Source: a virus
Strand: one strand, 5' to 3'
IMG/VR virus record: IMGVR_UViG_3300021959_007960
Span: 91,387 to 155,386 of that record
DNA: 64,000 bases
The notes beneath the pieces are model-generated. The model searched no databases and was not told the DNA's origin. It worked only from the letters and a program-made list of their open reading frames with translations. Shown piece after piece: positions 58,685 through 64,000 of this stretch. The position numbers were made by a program, and so were the translations under genes. Every line of letters starts with the position of its first letter. Position 1 is the stretch's first letter.

Positions 58685-59632
58685 TTATAGAGCGTTGGCG
58701 TATTCTGAAGCCAGTGCCAATGCCCTGTTATTAGAAGTGCCGTTTTGACCAAACCACAGGCTTTCCATGCGGTTGTTGATATTACGACCCTTGCTGTAAT
58801 TGAGGTACTCGTTGAAGCCATTATAAGCAGCCCACCAAGTGCCACGAACTCCAGCAATATCTTGCTTAGGCCCATGAATCGTATGTAGAATCTCATCAAT
58901 CGTATTTTTGGTACGAGTTTTGAGGTCAAGATCATGAGTCCTATCGACATTCAGCAGGGTCTTGACGTATTTGCGAACGTCTGCCTGATTGAAGTCTCGA
59001 CTAGCAAGAAATCGGAACTGTTCAGCAGTAGCCTCAAACTGTGCATTGATATTGTCCATAATATCTCGGACGTTATCAAGGTTGGTCTGGGCACTTTTCG
59101 TATGTCGAATCCGCAGCAGATTGCTCTCTTTGTGAGAGTGGGCAAAAGCTAGGGTATTGACACAAACAACACGGATTGGGGTATAGCCTACACGAATAGC
59201 GGTTGTACCATCGTGACTATTTGATAGCAGAATAAATTTCTGTACCTCATCACCTTTGACAATTTCGCTAGGGTCACGGTTGAGTTGAGCGAGCGCCCAT
59301 ACTTTTTGACCGTTACTTAGCGAACCACCTGTATGCAGGCTACACTCACCAGCGTCGACGAATGGCTGAAACCATTCAAAGGCATCTTTATTCTGAAGTG
59401 GCACATACCTTGGGCCTACCACTCCTAGAATACTACCATCACTTTTGCGATAGGTAGCTTTTGCAGGAACATCATAACCGTCTTTGGTTACAAGATCCTT
59501 TACGCCAACTTCCCAATCCAGACCGGACTTCTCGATGGCCTCACTGATCGTTGGTGCTTCTTCCAACTTCTCACCAAGACCATGCCAAGGTTCTGCTCCG
59601 GTGTAAAACATTGATTCAACATTAGCAGCCAT
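58685..59632 (-). CDS. DUF932/DUF945 phage-plasmid protein
   Basis: PWHGLG, LGVVGPRY.PLQN, GSL..G.KVW, NSHDG, TPIRVVCVNTL, RHT, GTWWAAYNGFNEY. Confidence 0.9.
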   Translation of the reverse strand: MAANVESMFYTGAEPWHGLGEKLEEAPTISEAIEKSGLDWEVGVKDLVTKDGYDVPAKATYRKSDGSILGVVGPRYVPLQNKDAFEWFQPFVDAGECSLHTGGSLSNGQKVWALAQLNRDPSEIVKGDEVQKFILLSNSHDGTTAIRVGYTPIRVVCVNTLAFAHSHKESNLLRIRHTKSAQTNLDNVRDIMDNINAQFEATAEQFRFLASRDFNQADVRKYVKTLLNVDRTHDLDLKTRTKNTIDEILHTIHGPKQDIAGVRGTWWAAYNGFNEYLNYSKGRNINNRMESLWFGQNGTSNNRALALASEYANAL

Positions 59633-59671
59633 TTCGTTTTCCTTTCGTTAGTGGTTACTTGCTATGCTTCA

Positions 59672-59711
59672 AGTATATCATATATATCGTCATTGTCAAC
59701 CAAAATCTTTA
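59672..59711 (-). promoter_or_regulatory. Interleaved sigma-70 and sigma-28-type promoter
   Basis: TAAAGATT-N12-GACGATAT overlapping TTGACA-N16-TATACT. Confidence 0.75.
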
Positions 59712-59719
59712 GAATTTTT

Positions 59720-59778
59720 GCTGGCTTTACCATAAAGACCAAACTGGGTGGTTAGGCTAAGACAAATAAACATGTTTA
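59720..59778. repeat. Intergenic repeat, copy A
   Basis: GCTGGCTTTACCATAA...ACAAATAAACATGTTTA; copies at 62765 and 63730. Confidence 0.85.
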
Positions 59779-59854
59779 TTTTTACACAAAAAACCCGCCA
59801 CAGGTCCACAAGGAAATTATCCCGGTATGCGACCTGCGACGGGCTCTTTATAGT

Positions 59855-60370
59855 TTATGCTTCCTCCATATCGTCGTAGTATTCGTGCATACTAAACTCA
59901 TCTCGTAGAGCTTCTGGAAAATCGCTCCAGTTACCCTCATAATAATCATCCTCACCATTTTGCCAAGTTCCTGCAAAACTCATTCCTGGTTCAAAATAAG
60001 AGGCTTGTACGTCAAAACCTAACGTATGCAACCTCTCATAAAAACCCAATGGTGGAGACCGTGCACTGTCGAATCTAACAGTTAGCTCGTTATCGACTAT
60101 TGTTGGCTCCATACCATAACCGTCCTTACAACCTATATCCCATTTGGTACCCCAATTAGCTATACGCCAGTGATACCAATTATTAGTTGCGTTTTCACCC
60201 TCACTGAAAGATTTACCTTCTCCCATTAGCATCGTTGGATCACCCGGATCTCTTGGAGTAGGATAAAAAGTCTCGATAGCCCAATCTTCACGATAAGCCT
60301 TATCGAACTTTTTGATCATATCCATATCTTTATGGCTAATAGTCAAAAGATTCATGCACCAGTTAGGCAT
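59855..60370 (-). CDS. DUF1281/YubB ferredoxin-like protein
   Basis: MPNWCMN, WYHWRIANWGTKWD, FDSA.SPP, YFEPGM.FAG. Confidence 0.85.
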   Translation of the reverse strand: MPNWCMNLLTISHKDMDMIKKFDKAYREDWAIETFYPTPRDPGDPTMLMGEGKSFSEGENATNNWYHWRIANWGTKWDIGCKDGYGMEPTIVDNELTVRFDSARSPPLGFYERLHTLGFDVQASYFEPGMSFAGTWQNGEDDYYEGNWSDFPEALRDEFSMHEYYDDMEEA

Positions 60371-60489
60371 TGTCTACTCCTATCCAACCTGAGATAAATA
60401 TTGATACACATACAAACAGAATAATCCATTCCATACCTTATCAGTCCTTCCTATCTGACATTATACCACACGCTAGCATAAATGTCAAA

Positions 60490-60561
60490 TAGCCCCGGCG
60501 AGAATCGAACTCACATCGACGGTTTAGAAGACCGTTGTTCTATCCGTTGAACTACGAGGCC
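60490..60561 (-). tRNA. tRNA-Arg(UCU), CCA not encoded
   Basis: GGCCTCG/CGGGGCT acceptor; ACGGT-CTTCTAA-ACCGT anticodon arm; GTGAG-TTCGATT-CTCGC T-arm. Confidence 0.93.
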
Positions 60562-60619
60562 AAAAGTCAGAGCCGCAGTCTTGGATATCCCCATTGACGC
60601 TGCGGCCCTGACCCTGACA

Positions 60620-60922
60620 TCATACACCCGGAAGCAAACCGTCTGCCTTGCCTGCTTCTGTAATAATAGTGGCAGACTTACCATCTTCAACAATCTTCGG
60701 ATTGTGAGCATCGCCTGCCTGTTTGACTGTCACCCCAGTCATTTTTGCACGCCATACTTTGTATCCATGCTCGCTGTACTGCTTGATACCAGCAGGCTTC
60801 ACAATAGATACTGCCTCCTGATGATTGTCTTTACAAAACAAAGAAAGACCTGTCTTGACATCTTCAACATCGAGATCGTCAGCTACCATATCAACTGTAA
60901 AAGAATACTTTTTCATCATCAT
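60620..60922 (-). CDS. Hypothetical protein
   Basis: GGAG RBS; dual promoter at 60976-61016. Confidence 0.65.
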   Translation of the reverse strand: MMMKKYSFTVDMVADDLDVEDVKTGLSLFCKDNHQEAVSIVKPAGIKQYSEHGYKVWRAKMTGVTVKQAGDAHNPKIVEDGKSATIITEAGKADGLLPGV

Positions 60923-61018
60923 TCTCCAATCGGAACCAAAACAACTAAGAAGAACCGTTCTCCATTAGTAATATCATTATACCATATATTATCGACCTGT
61001 CAACTAAAAAACTTTAGA

Positions 61019-61180
61019 TTATTTTCTATGATCTCTAAAGAATTCAAGACGAACACCAACATTCATTCTACCATTAATAGGCTGTTGATTCAAGTCCAGA
61101 GTTTTATTACAAGTCAATGAACATTTGCTAGTAGTCACACAACCAGAACAAAACAGTAAAATTATTAGTAAATATCTCAT
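61019..61180 (-). CDS. Small putative lipoprotein
   Basis: Not in the track; MRYLLIILLFCSGC lipobox-like sequence; directly behind a sigma-28-type-only site at 61188-61215. Confidence 0.55.
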   Translation of the reverse strand: MRYLLIILLFCSGCVTTSKCSLTCNKTLDLNQQPINGRMNVGVRLEFFRDHRK

Positions 61181-61466
61181 ACTACTATTATCGTCCTTTT
61201 AGCTGCAAAACTTTATTTTGACTGACTGCGACCATCCAGACTTATCTTATTATATTAGATAGAACAAACTGGCGTCTATACGATGTTGGTCCAATCTTCC
61301 CCGGCCTAGCCGGAAGGTATAGAAGTCGTTTACAGACTACCTGCGAACAGGTCACCAGTTGTTTATATTATAGGACTTAGGCATTACTCGTACTAGAGCA
61401 ATTCTTTCCCGTATACCTGTCAGGCTGCCAAGGTGGTATACGCCCTATCCATCTTAATGTACGGCA

Positions 61467-61572
61467 GTGGTCGTCAGGACTTGCACCTGATAAGTCGTCC
61501 TTGCGTCACTATATTTGCAGACTCAAATAACGTGATGCCGGTCTGTAACGCCTAGGCTTCTATGCCCGCCAC
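61467..61572 (-). ncRNA. tRNA-like ncRNA of unknown family
   Basis: GTGG/CCAC closing stem, GGC-ATAGAA-GCC arm, GCGTTAC/GTGACGC arm, TCAGG-TGCAAGT-CCTGA T-like arm; starts at the predicted TSS of the promoter at 61579-61619. Confidence 0.6.
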
Positions 61573-61649
61573 ATTATCATTATACAATATATATCGGTCT
61601 CTGTCAACAATATTCTTTAATTTTATTTTTAAACATGTTTATTCTGCCC

Positions 61650-61907
61650 TCATTCCTCAAAATCTTTATCACGAGATTCGTTCAAGATGTGATAGCATTC
61701 TTCCAGTATATCCTCCGTTGCCCACACAGTTGTTTTCTTATCTGCACTAATATAGTCCTTACAACTACGCTCATCTACATATACATGTTCGTCTATCAGT
61801 TCGCTTCCTGTCATATAGTCTAAAAACATTTTTATAACTATCTCTTTTTTATTTAGATCCGTGTTAAATACTTTTCTAAAATTACCAGACGCTATATAGA
61901 CTTTCAT
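61650..61907 (-). CDS. Hypothetical protein
   Basis: ATGA overlap with the GP88-like gene. Confidence 0.65.
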   Translation of the reverse strand: MKVYIASGNFRKVFNTDLNKKEIVIKMFLDYMTGSELIDEHVYVDERSCKDYISADKKTTVWATEDILEECYHILNESRDKDFEE

Positions 61908-62677
61908 ACTGCTGTCTCCTTCTTGAGAATTTTTAGTGCTTCCGCTGCTTTGCTACCCTTTGGCTGTACGCCATGAATCAGTAGGGCAAAATCTTGGTTG
62001 GTCTTGGTTGGATCACAAGCATGAGAATCGTCGTGGTCAATTTCCAGACCTAACTCCTCTGCCTCTGCTACACTGAACACAACCTTAGCAGACCGTAGAC
62101 CATGCTCTGCAATCAAATGATCGTCACGACCACCGTATGATGCCGTCAATACTAGATTTCCGGGGACAAGGCTGCGACTACGCACCCAATACGTTAGCGA
62201 CTTAGTATAAGCATAGAATAGTACAGTAGGATTGCGTTCTGCGACTTTGATCCATGCCATGAAATACTTGTGACTGAACATATCACCAGACACATGAATA
62301 CGAACTACTCGGGCGTCCTTGGGTAATGCTGCACACAATCCGTCTGCCATAGCGTCACTTGTTTCCAGACTATGTATAGCGTCGTGATTACGCTTGCGAC
62401 TTTTGTATGTATTGGTGAACAATACTTCTTGACTAGCAGAGAAGCAACGGAATTTTGTGTGAGGCCCGTCCTTAATTCTGCGACTACCATCTGCCTGTTC
62501 TTCTGCCTGAGACTTGCAGTTGTGGGCGAAAGGACAGTCTACTCCCGATAAAATATCGAAAGAATAAACTTTGGCAGTAGACCGTCCTATCTTCTGACCC
62601 AACCACCGCTTGAGCACAGTTGTTGCGAGCTTGTAAAGTTTTTTGAGTTTAGTATTGGCGGCTGAAAACTTGAGCAT
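61904..62677 (-). CDS. GP88-family (radical-SAM-like) phage protein
   Basis: CPFAHNC...CFSAS, RIHVSGDMFS, FYAYTKS; start refined to ATG 62677. Confidence 0.8.
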   Translation of the reverse strand: MLKFSAANTKLKKLYKLATTVLKRWLGQKIGRSTAKVYSFDILSGVDCPFAHNCKSQAEEQADGSRRIKDGPHTKFRCFSASQEVLFTNTYKSRKRNHDAIHSLETSDAMADGLCAALPKDARVVRIHVSGDMFSHKYFMAWIKVAERNPTVLFYAYTKSLTYWVRSRSLVPGNLVLTASYGGRDDHLIAEHGLRSAKVVFSVAEAEELGLEIDHDDSHACDPTKTNQDFALLIHGVQPKGSKAAEALKILKKETAV

Positions 62678-62764
62678 ATCGTTGTCTCCTGTGGTTATGC
62701 TTTCATTATACCATAGTATCGTCATATGTCAACTATAAACTTCAATAAATTTTGCAGTTTGTTT

Positions 62765-62827
62765 GCTGGCTTTACCATAATTACCGATCCGGAAGGATAG
62801 GGTAAGACAAATAAATAAACATGTTTA
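62765..62827. repeat. Intergenic repeat, copy B
   Basis: GCTGGCTTTACCATAA...ACAAATAAATAAACATGTTTA. Confidence 0.85.
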
Positions 62828-62844
62828 ATTTTTATATCTACACT

Positions 62845-62878
62845 AAAAAACCCCGCCACCCATTGCTGAGTGACGGGG
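62845..62878 (-). terminator. Intrinsic terminator
   Basis: CCCCGTCAC/GTGGCGGGG stem followed by T6. Confidence 0.7.
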
Positions 62879-62904
62879 CAATCGACACACCACCACGGAG
62901 AATC

Positions 62905-63285
62905 TTATGTTGCAAGCAATCGTCCGAACAAAGGTTTGCGGCAATTCACTGCACGTTCGCAGTAAAACTGTCGATACTCGCCATCTTCGACTTGACATGT
63001 TACCAAGTGATTGGTACGTTCGAAGTCTGGATCTTTTTTGCGATAGTTTGAAGTACGATTCATTATTTCGATCTGTCTGTCAGAAAGTCTGACTACAGGC
63101 TCTACCACCTTTGCTTTGTGACGAATGCGTTCGCCAGTAAGTGGTTGTAAGTACTCGAAACTAAAAACCTCGCCTTGCTTTGCATCGCATAGACTAGCAT
63201 CTCTACCATAGAGACTTAAGACAACAGCAAAAGCAAGAAGACAACCGATCATCAACACTGTAGTGAAAAGAAAGTAATCGTTCAT
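62905..63285 (-). CDS. Membrane-anchored hypothetical protein
   Basis: N-terminal TM segment; sigma-70 promoter at 63324-63352. Confidence 0.7.
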   Translation of the reverse strand: MNDYFLFTTVLMIGCLLAFAVVLSLYGRDASLCDAKQGEVFSFEYLQPLTGERIRHKAKVVEPVVRLSDRQIEIMNRTSNYRKKDPDFERTNHLVTCQVEDGEYRQFYCERAVNCRKPLFGRLLAT

Positions 63286-63348
63286 AGTAAAACTCCGTAA
63301 GTGTAAAAACCAAACCTAAAACCATTATACCATATGCTCGACACCGTG

Positions 63349-63651
63349 TCAAGCCTTAATCGTCATTCCATCCTCAAACGCTGCAATGCCATTTACATAC
63401 CATTCCCAATTTTCTTGGCGTACATAAAAAGGACTGAAACGATTGATTCTGTCTTTTGTTGTGGGCGTTTTGTGTCCACCATGTCTTAGCGTTACGCTGT
63501 CGTCATCATGAATAGTCACAACGTCCGTACTGTACAACATGAAAGCTACACTACCATCTGGCTTGATTCTTGCAGTGGTATTGTTTGCTACCTTGCGTTG
63601 CATTCTGTTATTCTTTCCCAATACTAATTTTGTGGCTTCTGCGTGTGTCAT
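63349..63651 (-). CDS. Conserved phage hypothetical protein
   Basis: RKVANNT, TLRHGGHKTPTTKDRINRF, VRQENWEWYV. Confidence 0.75.
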   Translation of the reverse strand: MTHAEATKLVLGKNNRMQRKVANNTTARIKPDGSVAFMLYSTDVVTIHDDDSVTLRHGGHKTPTTKDRINRFSPFYVRQENWEWYVNGIAAFEDGMTIKA

Positions 63652-63729
63652 AAGTATTTTCTCCTTACTTGTTATATCGACATTCTACCAGATAATCTTT
63701 AGCTGTCAATAGAAAAAAAATATTTTTGT

Positions 63730-63794
63730 GCTGGCTTTACCATAAATACCAAATCCGGCTACTTTAGCCGGTACAAAACAAATAAACATGTTTA
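63730..63794. repeat. Intergenic repeat, copy C
   Basis: GCTGGCTTTACCATAA...ACAAATAAACATGTTTA. Confidence 0.85.
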
Positions 63795-64000
63795 CAACCC
63801 TCGAAACAGGGTTTAAAACCCTGCCTCGAAAGTTGCTGTTGCGGCTATACCTTCAGTTAGATGTACCAGTATCGTAAGGATAGTTCCAGTGATAAACGCT
63901 ATTCCGAAAATTCGCATCGCTTCCCTCTGTTCCCTCGTCATCATTCACCTCCGTGTGAAATACTGTTTGTGTAACTGACCACATCATAATTATGCCAACT

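Noticed and set aside
60511-60711. 66-aa minus-strand ORF
   Set aside because: Overlaps tRNA-Arg and an alternative frame of 60620-60922
7-63092. All plus-strand ORFs in the track
   Set aside because: Nearly all are short antisense shadows of minus-strand genes or RNAs, without RBS or recognisable motifs
57642-63794. Repeats as a CRISPR array
   Set aside because: Copies are degenerate, dispersed and separated by whole genes, not by uniform spacers; no cas genes
1-64000. Stop-codon reassignment
   Set aside because: Known genes are full length and densely packed under the standard code; TAA, TAG and TGA all end genes
1-64000. Bacterial chromosome or eukaryotic giant virus origin
   Set aside because: Single-strand dense small ORFs, rIIA/B, Shine-Dalgarno sites, sigma-type promoters and tmRNA fit a phage; no ribosomal or NCLDV core genes seen

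Overview
This looks like a 64-kb segment of a large, AT-rich, tailed dsDNA phage genome. All credible genes are on the minus strand and tightly packed; the + strand ORFs are antisense shadows. Phage-type genes include rIIA/rIIB, ATP-dependent DNA ligase, ThyX, RuvB, UvsE, ClpP, a sigma-70-family factor, HNH nucleases, DUF932 and GP88-like proteins, tRNA-Leu(UAA), tRNA-Arg(UCU) and a complete tmRNA. The host is probably a planctomycete, because the window carries a DUF1559 prepilin-like gene and a PSCyt/PSD1 + DUF1501 gene pair. Accessory content includes a 13-kb glycan/ulosonic-acid cluster and five sulfotransferases. Signals not explained by the ORF track: (1) about a dozen promoters where a sigma-70 consensus is interleaved with a sigma-28/FliA-type consensus (TAAAG-N17/18-CGAT); (2) a separate GGTGTA(T/A) motif that may be a phage-sigma promoter; (3) three single genes each bracketed by exact 13-21-bp direct repeats; (4) three tRNA-like non-coding RNAs; (5) a family of fixed-length ~48-bp intergenic elements in the right-hand, probably early, region; (6) shared TATCACAGGA leaders. 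Family assignments come from motif recognition by eye; no database searches were run.
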